This document shows, in pieces, positions 9,173-18,343 of a DNA stretch of 64,000 nt (positions are counted from its first letter, which is position 1; every line of letters starts with the position of its first letter). Origin of the DNA: an uncultured Acidobacteriota bacterium (GTDB taxonomy: Bacteria; Acidobacteriota; Blastocatellia; RBC074). The stretch covers positions 160,001 to 224,000 of the forward strand of contig CAWCKY010000002.1 of assembly GCA_963796275.1 (NCBI GenBank), read 5' to 3'. The position numbers and the translations under genes are program-made. Below the pieces are notes generated by a model. It did no database searches. It saw only the letters and a list, made by a program, of their open reading frames with translations, and was not told the DNA's origin.

Positions 9173-12100
9173 ATGAGTATCAGAATCGCCGCAGTCCATC
9201 GGCTTGTCGCCGTTCTTTACGCACTCTGCCTACTCGCTTCGCTCGCATGGGCGCAATCCACCGGCGGCGCGCAGCTTTCCGGCACGGTGCTGGACGAAAG
9301 CGGCGGTGCCGTCGCGGGCGCGGAAGTCACGGTCACGCAAACCGCCACCGGGGGCTCGCGCACCGTCACGACCGATGCCGACGGGAGCTATACCTTCCCC
9401 AATCTGCCGGTCGGGCCCTATCAATTGCAGGTCAGGAAGCAGGGCTTCAGCGCTCACCTGCAAACTGGCATTGTTTTGCAGGTCAACGTCAACCCGACGA
9501 TCAATGCGACGCTCAAAGTCGGCGCGGTGACGGAACAGGTGCAGGTGACTTCGGATGCCGCGCTGGTCGAAACGCATAGCAACGGCGTAGGCCAGGTGAT
9601 TGATCAGCAGCGCGTTGTCGAATTGCCGCTCAACGGGCGGGTGGCGACCGAATTGATTTTCCTTTCGGGCCTGGCGACGGCGGCTCCGGTGGGGGATTTG
9701 AATACGAATAAAAACTATCCGACCGTCACCATCTCAGTCGCGGGCGGACTGGCGAACGGGATGACGTATGTGATGGACGGCGGCACGCATAACGACCCGT
9801 TCAATAACCTCAATCTGCCGATGCCCTTCCCTGACGCCTTGCAAGAATTCAAGGCCGAGACCAGCGCCCTGCCGGCGCGCTACGGCCATCATGCCGCGTC
9901 GACCGTCAACATCGTCACTAAATCGGGGACGAATAAATTTCATGGCGACTTGTTCGAGTTCGTGCGCAATTACAAATTCAACGCGCGGAACTTCTTTGCC
10001 GCGCAACGCGATAGTCTGAAACGCAATCAGTTCGGCGGGACGCTGGGCGGCCCGATCAGACAGAACAAGCTGTTTTTCTTCGGCGGCTATCAGGGGAAGA
10101 TAGAGAAATCGAATCCGGGCACGACCATCAGTTATGCGCCGACGGCGGCGATGCGCGCGGGTGATTTCACGGCATTCGCGTCGGCGGCCTGCAACGGCGG
10201 CGCGGCGCGCACGCTGGCTGCGCCCTTCGTCGACAACAGGCTCGATCAGTCGATGATCAATCAGCAGTCCTTGAACTTTTTGAACTACGTGCCCACGCCG
10301 ACCGACGCTTGCGGCAGGTTGCAATACGGCATTCTTGCCAACAACAACGAGCATCAGGCGATCGGCAAAATTGACTATTCGCTCAACGACAGGCACACGT
10401 TGTTCGGTCGTTACTTCTTTGCCGATTATGCCAGTCCCAATCCGTTTGACGGCGTGAACGTATTAGCCATGAGCCGCGTCGCCCAATTCAATCGTGCGCA
10501 TTCATTCGTGCTGGGCGATACCTATCTGCTCAGCGCAAACACGATCCTCTCGACGCGCGCGACGCTCAACCGCACGCGCAATCTTCGCGTAGTTGATCCG
10601 TACTTTTCGCCCGCCGATCTGGGTATTCAGGTCTACAGCCCGGTCACAGGTTTCACCGGCTTCACGGTCACTGGCAACGGATTTGCGATTGGCGCTGTCG
10701 CGACAAATCCCGGCTATTTCAATTCGACGAATTATCAGCTTGCCGAAGACGTTGATCTGATTCGTGGCTCGCATCAGATATCCCTGGGCGTAAATTTCAT
10801 TCACAACAACATCAACACCTCGAACAATCGACCGACCAATGGGCAATTTACTTTCAACGGCCAGGTGACGGGCTTGCCGATGGCGGATTTCATGGCGGGC
10901 ATTCTAAGCGGCGGGTTCTTGCAGGGCAATCCGATCTTTGACAACCAACGGCAGAATTACATCGGCGTTTACGTGCAGGATTCGTGGAAGCTGAATCCTC
11001 GGCTGACGATCAACGGAGGCGTACGCTGGGAGCCCTACCTGCCGATGGAACATCCATTCGGCTGGGTGAGCCACTTCGATCAGGCGGCTTTCGTCGCGGG
11101 CGCAAAGAGCGCGGTCTATAAAAACGCGCCAGCCGGATTGCGCTTCCCCGGCGACGCCGGCTATCCGGGGAAGTCGACAACATTCTCGCGCAAAGCGCAA
11201 TTTGCGCCGCGTCTGGGACTGGTCTTCGATCCGAAAGGCGACGGCAAGATGACGGTGCGCGCATCCTACGGCATTTTCTATGACAACCCGCATCTATTCT
11301 TCAACACGCGTTTTGCGAACAATCCGCCATGGGGCGCGCAGATCACACTCACTAATCCGGCGGGCGGTTTGACCAACCCCTATCAAACATACCCCGGCGG
11401 CAATCCTTTCCCCGGGCTGGCCAATATCTCCGCGGACAGCTTCTTCCCTTTGGCGGGGGTTTATGTCAACGCGCCGCTCGAGATCAAGCCGACTTACCTG
11501 CAGCAGTGGAATCTGAGCGTGCAGCGCCAGGTCGGCGAATGGCTTTTTGCGGGCACCTATCTCGGCAACAAATCCACGCACCTATGGACGGGACGCGAAG
11601 CGAACCCGGCGGTCTTCGGTGCGGGGGCGACGCTGGGCAATACCAATCAACGCCGCGTGCTTTCCCTGCTGAATCAAATGCAGGGGCAGTATTACGGCAC
11701 CATCGGACAGATTGATGACGGCGGCACGTCGAGTTACAACGGCATGCTGCTGTCGGCGCAGCGCCGCCTGGCGAACAGCTTCAGCGTGCTGGCGAATTAC
11801 ACTCTGTCGCATTGCATCAGCGATCCGGCGACGACCGAAATCACCGGCCCGACATACGTCAATCCCAACAATCGCCGCGCTGACCGGGCGAATTGCGATT
11901 CGGACCGGCGCCACGTCGTCAATCTTTCGTTTGTCGCGCGCACGCCGCGATTTGCTAATCGCGCGCTGAACCTGATCGCTTCGGGCTGGCAGCTTTCGGG
12001 CATCGTGCGCCGGCAAAGCGGGAACTATTCAACAGTCATGACCGGCGTGGACAACGCGCTCACAGGCGTCGTCGGCCAACGCGCTGTGCAGCTGCTGGCC

Positions 12101-12418
12101 GTTCCTTACGACGCGAGCCCGACAGTGGATCATTATTTGAATCGTGCGGCGTTCGGTTCACCCACGATGGGAACGTATAGCTCGCTCGGCGCATTCACGA
12201 TTGTGAATCCGAGCACCCTGCAGATTGATACGGGACTGTCGCGCACCTTCCGCGTGTTCGAAGGGCAAAGCATTCAGTTCCGTTGGGAACTCTTCAACGT
12301 CCCGAACCGGCTGAATGCGAATGCGCCGGTTACCGCACTGAACGATGCGAACTTCGGCAGGATTCTGAGCGCGCAAGACCCGCGTATTATGCAGTTTGCG
12401 CTGAAGTACGTGTTTTAG
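9173..12418 (+). CDS. TonB-dependent receptor, Oar/Cna-B type with carboxypeptidase-regulatory-like N-domain
   Basis: Signal peptide, LPLNGR, DALQEFK, KSGTNKFHG, FAPRLG, and C-terminal QFALKYVF. Confidence 0.9.
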   Translation: MSIRIAAVHRLVAVLYALCLLASLAWAQSTGGAQLSGTVLDESGGAVAGAEVTVTQTATGGSRTVTTDADGSYTFPNLPVGPYQLQVRKQGFSAHLQTGIVLQVNVNPTINATLKVGAVTEQVQVTSDAALVETHSNGVGQVIDQQRVVELPLNGRVATELIFLSGLATAAPVGDLNTNKNYPTVTISVAGGLANGMTYVMDGGTHNDPFNNLNLPMPFPDALQEFKAETSALPARYGHHAASTVNIVTKSGTNKFHGDLFEFVRNYKFNARNFFAAQRDSLKRNQFGGTLGGPIRQNKLFFFGGYQGKIEKSNPGTTISYAPTAAMRAGDFTAFASAACNGGAARTLAAPFVDNRLDQSMINQQSLNFLNYVPTPTDACGRLQYGILANNNEHQAIGKIDYSLNDRHTLFGRYFFADYASPNPFDGVNVLAMSRVAQFNRAHSFVLGDTYLLSANTILSTRATLNRTRNLRVVDPYFSPADLGIQVYSPVTGFTGFTVTGNGFAIGAVATNPGYFNSTNYQLAEDVDLIRGSHQISLGVNFIHNNINTSNNRPTNGQFTFNGQVTGLPMADFMAGILSGGFLQGNPIFDNQRQNYIGVYVQDSWKLNPRLTINGGVRWEPYLPMEHPFGWVSHFDQAAFVAGAKSAVYKNAPAGLRFPGDAGYPGKSTTFSRKAQFAPRLGLVFDPKGDGKMTVRASYGIFYDNPHLFFNTRFANNPPWGAQITLTNPAGGLTNPYQTYPGGNPFPGLANISADSFFPLAGVYVNAPLEIKPTYLQQWNLSVQRQVGEWLFAGTYLGNKSTHLWTGREANPAVFGAGATLGNTNQRRVLSLLNQMQGQYYGTIGQIDDGGTSSYNGMLLSAQRRLANSFSVLANYTLSHCISDPATTEITGPTYVNPNNRRADRANCDSDRRHVVNLSFVARTPRFANRALNLIASGWQLSGIVRRQSGNYSTVMTGVDNALTGVVGQRAVQLLAVPYDASPTVDHYLNRAAFGSPTMGTYSSLGAFTIVNPSTLQIDTGLSRTFRVFEGQSIQFRWELFNVPNRLNANAPVTALNDANFGRILSAQDPRIMQFALKYVF

Positions 12419-12428
12419 TTCGCACCGC

Positions 12429-12511
12429 ATCAGTATCGCGAGCAGTGGCGAGCGTGGCTCCTGCAAAAGGCTACTAACGGAAGCCACGTTCGCCGAGCTC
12501 GCGGTACTGAT
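12429..12511. repeat. REP-like long imperfect palindrome
   Basis: atcagtatcgcgagc..ggcgagcgtggct ... agccacgttcgcc..gctcgcggtactgat. Confidence 0.7.
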
Positions 12512-12531
12512 TCACTGCTTCATTCAAACCT

Positions 12532-13419
12532 ATGTCGACTCAACACAACCGCGAAGCCATTGCCGACGCCACCAACCCGTTGGGGCTGGACGGCATCGAG
12601 TACATCGAATATGCGACCAGCAAGCCGCAGGCCCTGGGGCAGGTTCTGGAGATGATGGGCTTTCGTCCGATCGCGCAGCATCGTTCCCGCGAAGTAATGC
12701 TTTATCGGCAAGGCCGGATGAACGTCATAGTCAACGCCCATGTAAGCGCCTTGCCGCGTGCCGTGCAGCCGGTTGAAACACCTGCGATTTCGGCGCTGGC
12801 CTTGCGCGTGCGTTCGGCAGCGGCGGCCTATCATCACGTCATTGAAAAAGGCGCATGGGCCGCGCCGACGCACGTGGAAGTGATGGAATTGAACATCCCC
12901 GCGATTCACGGAGCAGGCAACAGCCGCATCTATTTTGTTGATCGTTACCACGATTTTTCAATCTACGACGTTGATTTCACACTGATCCCGACCGTCGATC
13001 CGCATCCGACTGCGCTTGCGGGAATGCATTTGTTCGGCATCGTGCAATACATCGGTACGGAGCGAATGGAAGATTGGACGGAGTTTTATACGATGCTCTT
13101 TGCTTTCCAACTATTGCCGGACAACGAACGCTTCGGCATTCTGCACCAAGGCCGAGTCCTGCGCAGTCCCTGCGGTTCGTTTTACCTGCAACTGATCGGC
13201 CCCGATTCTGATATCGGCAACGTGGAGGGGGACGAATTACTGCAGCGGGTCGGCTTCGGCGTGCCCGACGTGCCCGACGCCATCGCCGCCTTGCGCGCGC
13301 GCGGCATCAGCTTCGTCTCCGCCAGCGACCACCAGACAAACGCACACGGCGCGTTGACTCAAAGTTATCTGGGCGGCTTGATGTTCGAGATTGTTCACGA
13401 CGAGCGTAACGGCATATGA
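12532..13419 (+). CDS. 4-hydroxyphenylpyruvate dioxygenase-like VOC protein (Fe ligands apparently lost)
   Basis: NPLGLDGIEYIEYA and MELNIPAIHGAG.SRIYFVDRY match the HppD N-domain. The His ligand positions read FG and QR. Confidence 0.75.
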   Translation: MSTQHNREAIADATNPLGLDGIEYIEYATSKPQALGQVLEMMGFRPIAQHRSREVMLYRQGRMNVIVNAHVSALPRAVQPVETPAISALALRVRSAAAAYHHVIEKGAWAAPTHVEVMELNIPAIHGAGNSRIYFVDRYHDFSIYDVDFTLIPTVDPHPTALAGMHLFGIVQYIGTERMEDWTEFYTMLFAFQLLPDNERFGILHQGRVLRSPCGSFYLQLIGPDSDIGNVEGDELLQRVGFGVPDVPDAIAALRARGISFVSASDHQTNAHGALTQSYLGGLMFEIVHDERNGI

Positions 13420-14327
13420 AACAGTTCAGCAGCAGCATCGACGATTTTGGGATGGATACAATTACGCTCACCGGGCCATTGCCCGCCAAGTTACAGGCTG
13501 TGCGCGCTGCCGGGTTCTCCCAAATCATGTTGCTGGCGCGCGATATTGTGGGCCACGATGCGGGCGTCGAAGCGGCTATCCGCGCCGTGCGCGAAAGCGG
13601 TTTGCGCGTGACGGGCTTTCAGGTGCTGCGCGATTTTGAAGGGCTGTCCGGCCACTTGCACGAATACAAAATTGATGTAGCGAAATCCATGCTGGAAATG
13701 TGCGGGGCGCTCGGCGCGCGCGTGTTGCTGGTCTGTTCATCGATTTCGACCCACGCGACGGACGACCGAGATGCGCTCGCGCGCGATTTGCGCAAGCTGG
13801 CGATGCTGGCCGTGCCGCTCGGCATCAGGATCGCTTACGAAGGATTGTCGTGGGGGCGCACGATCAACGAATTTCATGACGCCTGGGATATCGTTTGCCG
13901 CGCAAACGCGCCGAATCTCGGCATTGGGATTGATTCGTTTCACATCTTCGCCACGAAAACGCCGCTCGATAAGCTGGATGCGCTCGACCCGAAAAAGATT
14001 TTCCTCGTGCAGTTGGCCGATTTTATGTGGAACGAAATTCGTTCGGTCGAGGAGCGCATCACCACGGCGCGCCACTTCCGCGTCTTTCCCGGCGAAGGCG
14101 TGCATAGCGATCAAGTTGCCGAGTTAGTGATGCGTCTTGACAAACTGGGCTATCGCGGCGATTACAGCTTCGAGGTCTTCAACGACGATTACCAGCAAAT
14201 GCCGATGGACCGCGTCTGCGCGCGCGCCTTCCGCGCGGCGGAATGGTTGGGTGAAGATGTGCTGCGACGCTCCGTGCCGCTGCCCAATCGCATGCGGCTC
14301 AAATCCAGTGAACCGTTATCCCCTTAA
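13416..14327 (+). CDS. Sugar-phosphate isomerase/AP-endonuclease-2 TIM barrel, probable 3-dehydroshikimate dehydratase (QuiC1 N-domain-like)
   Basis: FQVLRDFEG, AYEGLSWG, DSFH, LVQLAD, RHFRVFPGEG and SFEVFND motifs; the ATG overlaps the upstream stop. Confidence 0.75.
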   Translation: MKQFSSSIDDFGMDTITLTGPLPAKLQAVRAAGFSQIMLLARDIVGHDAGVEAAIRAVRESGLRVTGFQVLRDFEGLSGHLHEYKIDVAKSMLEMCGALGARVLLVCSSISTHATDDRDALARDLRKLAMLAVPLGIRIAYEGLSWGRTINEFHDAWDIVCRANAPNLGIGIDSFHIFATKTPLDKLDALDPKKIFLVQLADFMWNEIRSVEERITTARHFRVFPGEGVHSDQVAELVMRLDKLGYRGDYSFEVFNDDYQQMPMDRVCARAFRAAEWLGEDVLRRSVPLPNRMRLKSSEPLSP

Positions 14328-14473
14328 AGAAAGAAGGCAAAGGAGTCAAAACCTAGCTGCTCATTGTTCCTGACGTCGGGGGCAAGGTTACCCGAAGCTA
14401 CTCACGCCGATACTGATCAGGCGCTCAAGAAAACGCTCGAATTCATCGAGGCCATTGAGGGAGGGATGGCGAA

Positions 14474-16390
14474 ATGAAACGACGGCTTTTATTGTTGGTT
14501 ATTGCTATCGGCTTGTTGCTCCCGTCCGTGCGGGGACAGAAGAGAACGGCAACCGACTGGCCGACTTTCGGCAATGATCACGGCGGACAGCGTTACGCTC
14601 CGCTAACGCAGATCAACGCCGACAACGTAACGAAGCTCGTGCGCGCGTGGACATATCACATGAAACCCGCCGGCGCCGCGCCGCCCATCGCCGAAAGCCG
14701 CCCATCCGCGCGCGGCCCGCGTCGCCGCGGCAATCCAGAATCGCAAGCCGTGCCGCTAGTGGTCAACGGTGTGATGTATCTGACGACGGCTTATCGCCGC
14801 GTCGTCGCGCTCGAACCCGAAACGGGCAAGTGCCTGTGGGAATACATGCTCAAGAGCGGCTCGCCTGCCACGCGAGGTTTGGAGTACTGGGCGGGGGATG
14901 CGCAAACGCCGCCGCGCTTGTTCTTCGGCACGTCCAACGGCGAACTGATCGCACTCGATGCCAGGACGGGACAGCCTGCGACGAGCTTCGGCGCGGGCGG
15001 CATCGTGGATATGAAAATCGGGGTGATGAATGGTTACGATCAGATTCCTTATGGTCTGTCGTCGCCGCCGATTATGTACAAAAGCCTCGTGATCACGGGC
15101 GCGCATACACAGGAGTCACCGATGCTGGGTTCTTCGGGCGACGTGCGCGCTTGGGATGCGCGGACGGGCAAGCTGGTCTGGACGTTTCACACAGTGCCGC
15201 GTCCAGGCGAAGCGGGGCACGGGACATGGGAAGGCGACAGTTGGAAAGACCGTTCCGGCGCGAATGTCTGGAGTATGATGACCGTTGACGTAGCGCGCGG
15301 CCTGGTTTTTCTGCCGCTCGGTTCGCCGACATACGATTATTACGGCGGCGACCGCAAAGGCGCGAACCTTTACGGCGACACGCTGGTTGCGCTCGATGCC
15401 AACACCGGCCAAATGAAATGGCATTTCCAAGCCGTGCATCATGACTTGTGGGATTATGATCTTTGCACGCCGCCAACTTTGTTTGATGCCACGGTCAAAG
15501 GCCGAAAGATTCCGGCTGTGGCGGTGATGTCGAAAATGGGTCTGCTCTTCATTCTGGATCGCAGCGACGGCAATCCGATTTATGGCATCGAGGAAAGACC
15601 GATTCCAAAAACTGACGTGCCTGGCGAAGCGAGCTGGCCCACGCAACCCTTTCCGCTCAAGCCAGCGGCGCTCGCGCGCAACAGCTTCAAGCGCGAAGAA
15701 CTCGCCAATCTGACGCCTGAACACCGCAAATATTGCGAAGCAATGTTCGACCGCGACGGGGGCATGCACAACGAAGGGCCGTACACGCATTACACTACCA
15801 AACCTTCGGTCGTCTTCCCCGGCACGCTCGGCGGCGGCAATTGGAATCCGATGTCGTTCGATCCGAAGCTGGGCTACCTGTTCATCAACACACAGGATTT
15901 GGGCGGCATCGGACAGATGCAGCGGAATCTTGAAGGTGGGCGCACGCCGTGGTCACGCACGAGTCCGCTGGGGCCGGCCGGCCGATTCTGGAATCCCGAT
16001 ACGCGCTGGCCTTGCCAGCAACCGCCCTGGGGCAGATTGTTCGCGGTCAATGTCAATACCGGCGAAATCGTCTGGCAAGCCGTGTTGGGAATTACGGAAG
16101 GATTGCCTGAGGACCAGCAAAAAACCGGCAGGCCGAATATCGGCGGCTCGCTCGCCACGGCCAGCGGATTGGTCTTCATCGGTGCGACCGATGACAGCCG
16201 CTTCCGTGCCTTCGACGCCAAGACCGGGAAGGAATTATGGGTGACGAAAATTGACGCGGGCGCGCATTCCGCGCCGATCACATACTATGGTAGAGACGGC
16301 AAGCAATACGTGGTGATTACGGCAACCGGTGGCGGCTTCATCGCAGACCCTTCAAGCGCCGACACGGTGATTGCGTTTGCCTTGCCGTAA
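14474..16390 (+). CDS. Periplasmic PQQ-dependent dehydrogenase (glucose/quinate/shikimate family, no membrane anchor)
   Basis: Signal peptide, QRYAPLTQIN, HHDLWDYD, PTQPFP, GGGNW, PCQQPPWG and GKQYVV motifs. Confidence 0.85.
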   Translation: MKRRLLLLVIAIGLLLPSVRGQKRTATDWPTFGNDHGGQRYAPLTQINADNVTKLVRAWTYHMKPAGAAPPIAESRPSARGPRRRGNPESQAVPLVVNGVMYLTTAYRRVVALEPETGKCLWEYMLKSGSPATRGLEYWAGDAQTPPRLFFGTSNGELIALDARTGQPATSFGAGGIVDMKIGVMNGYDQIPYGLSSPPIMYKSLVITGAHTQESPMLGSSGDVRAWDARTGKLVWTFHTVPRPGEAGHGTWEGDSWKDRSGANVWSMMTVDVARGLVFLPLGSPTYDYYGGDRKGANLYGDTLVALDANTGQMKWHFQAVHHDLWDYDLCTPPTLFDATVKGRKIPAVAVMSKMGLLFILDRSDGNPIYGIEERPIPKTDVPGEASWPTQPFPLKPAALARNSFKREELANLTPEHRKYCEAMFDRDGGMHNEGPYTHYTTKPSVVFPGTLGGGNWNPMSFDPKLGYLFINTQDLGGIGQMQRNLEGGRTPWSRTSPLGPAGRFWNPDTRWPCQQPPWGRLFAVNVNTGEIVWQAVLGITEGLPEDQQKTGRPNIGGSLATASGLVFIGATDDSRFRAFDAKTGKELWVTKIDAGAHSAPITYYGRDGKQYVVITATGGGFIADPSSADTVIAFALP

Positions 16391-16413
16391 CCTCTGACTT
16401 TCAAAGACCCATT

Positions 16414-16989
16414 ATGAACTCTATCAGAATTCTTCTGCTCGCGGCGTTACTCGGCATGCCGATGCTCGCTTCCGATGTTCAATCAAAGATGCAAAACAAC
16501 CAAAATGCGCGGTTGAAAATCCTGGTCGTTCACGGCCCGAATCTGAACCTGCTCGGAAGGCGCGAGCCGAATATTTACGGCGTGACGACGCTACCGCAAA
16601 TCAACGAGCAGTTGCAGAAACTGGCGGCGGAACTGAATGTCGAGCTGATCATCGTGCAATCCAATCACGAAGGCGTCATCGTGGACACGTTCCAACAACA
16701 CATTGATGATGTGGCCGGCGCGATTATCAACCCGGCAGGGCTGAGCTTTCACAGTGTTGCATTGCACGACGTCATCAAAGCGGTGCCGTTTCCAGTGATC
16801 GAAACGCACATCTCTAACCTCGGCACGCGTGATGCGATCCACCAGGGTTCGATCATCACGCCCGCGGCGCGGGCTTCGATTATGGGGCTGGGCTGGCGAT
16901 CTTACACGGCGGGCTTGCGCGCGCTGGTCGAGCTTGTACGCGAAGAAAAAAACGCCAAGGAAGTGGGAAAAGAAGGGAGTAAGAAGTGA
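16414..16989 (+). CDS. aroQ: Type II 3-dehydroquinate dehydratase with predicted signal peptide
   Basis: HGPNLNLLGRREPNIYG, QSNHEG, INPA and ETHISN motifs. N-terminal extension is MNSIRILLLAALLGMPMLA. Confidence 0.85.
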   Translation: MNSIRILLLAALLGMPMLASDVQSKMQNNQNARLKILVVHGPNLNLLGRREPNIYGVTTLPQINEQLQKLAAELNVELIIVQSNHEGVIVDTFQQHIDDVAGAIINPAGLSFHSVALHDVIKAVPFPVIETHISNLGTRDAIHQGSIITPAARASIMGLGWRSYTAGLRALVELVREEKNAKEVGKEGSKK

Positions 16990-17846
16990 TGCGTTACCTG
17001 ATTTGTCTGTTTGCGATTGTTTTACTGTTCAGCCTGTCGCCGGCGCAATCGGCCCAACAAGCTCCGCCGCAACGTCGGCCACAGCCGCGTCCTACGCGCA
17101 AACAGGTGTTGGCGTGGGGCGATGTGCGTTACGGCTTCCAACACGATTCCGTCTCGCACGCGATGGCTACGATTGAACGTCTGGGCCGCGAATCGGGTAT
17201 GTACGATACGTACATCCGCACCGATTCGCAGCTCATCACGAAACAGCCGATTATAACGGGTGGCCGTCCCAGCAATGCCAAAAATCTGAATTACTTCGAC
17301 GCTATCTTCTTTTTCGGGCTGCGCGAAATTGAGCTGAGCGCCCAGCAAAAGGTCGACCTGATGACTTTCATCAAAGAGGACGGCAAGGGATTCGTCGGCG
17401 CGCACACGGCGACGACCGCGTTTTTCTCGTGGCCGGAGTTCGGCGAAATGATCGGCGCGCGCTTTGACGAACATCCCTGGAATGTCATTGACGGAAGCGT
17501 CGTGATTGACGACCCGCTGTTTCCCGCCATGAAGCATTTCCCCGGCGTTTCGGTCATCAAGGACGAGCATTACCAGCACAAGGATTTTGCGCGCGATAAA
17601 ATCCGCGTGCTGGCGCATCTGGATGTGAGCAATTTGGATATGAAAAATCCTCGCGTCCATCGAACCGACGGCGACTATCCCGTCGCCTGGTCGAAGATGC
17701 ACGGCAAAGGCCGCGTCTTTTACGCCACGCTCGGACACGCGCCGGAAAGCTGGGACAACCCGCAAATCCAGAAAATGTATTTCGAGGCGCTCAAATGGGC
17801 CATGGGCTTGAGCGAAGGTGAGACCACACCGCTCCCGGGAAAGTGA
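16989..17846 (+). CDS. Secreted ThuA-domain (class I glutamine amidotransferase-like) protein
   Basis: Signal peptide, FQHDS, GKGFVGAH, FDEHP, DEHY and GKGRVFYATLGH motifs. Confidence 0.8.
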   Translation: MRYLICLFAIVLLFSLSPAQSAQQAPPQRRPQPRPTRKQVLAWGDVRYGFQHDSVSHAMATIERLGRESGMYDTYIRTDSQLITKQPIITGGRPSNAKNLNYFDAIFFFGLREIELSAQQKVDLMTFIKEDGKGFVGAHTATTAFFSWPEFGEMIGARFDEHPWNVIDGSVVIDDPLFPAMKHFPGVSVIKDEHYQHKDFARDKIRVLAHLDVSNLDMKNPRVHRTDGDYPVAWSKMHGKGRVFYATLGHAPESWDNPQIQKMYFEALKWAMGLSEGETTPLPGK

Positions 17847-18334
17847 TGCGTAAGGTCATCAAAATTGCCTTAGCGGCAATCGCCATCTCCGTCGGAATTC
17901 TGGCGCAAACGCCCGAAACGCCGAAGCAGCCGCTACCATTCAGCCACAAGCTGCACGTCGCGCAGGGGCTGAATTGCCAAACCTGCCACGTCAATCCCGA
18001 CCCCGGCGAACAGATGGCCTTTCCGGCGACGGCCGAATGCATGACCTGTCACGCCGAGATCGCCACGGACAAAGCCGCGATCCAGGAACTCGCCAAATAT
18101 CATCAGGACAAAGCCGCTATCCCGTGGGTGCGGATTTATCAAAACCCCGACTGGGTCTGGTTCAGTCACCGCGTACATTTGGAGGCGGGTGCGAAATGTG
18201 AGCGCTGTCACGGCGCGGTCGCCGAGCGCGACGCGCTCTGGAAAGAGAAGCCACTCACGATGGAAAGCTGCATGAATTGCCACCGCGAAACCAACGCCAG
18301 CAACGCATGCAATTATTGCCATCAAGCGCATTGA
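17846..18334 (+). CDS. Periplasmic pentaheme cytochrome c (c3/c7-like, ActA paralogue)
   Basis: Five CxxCH motifs (CQTCH, CMTCH, CERCH, CMNCH, CNYCH), QPLPFSHKLH and a signal peptide. Confidence 0.85.
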   Translation: MRKVIKIALAAIAISVGILAQTPETPKQPLPFSHKLHVAQGLNCQTCHVNPDPGEQMAFPATAECMTCHAEIATDKAAIQELAKYHQDKAAIPWVRIYQNPDWVWFSHRVHLEAGAKCERCHGAVAERDALWKEKPLTMESCMNCHRETNASNACNYCHQAH

Positions 18335-18343
18335 AGTCGTGGT

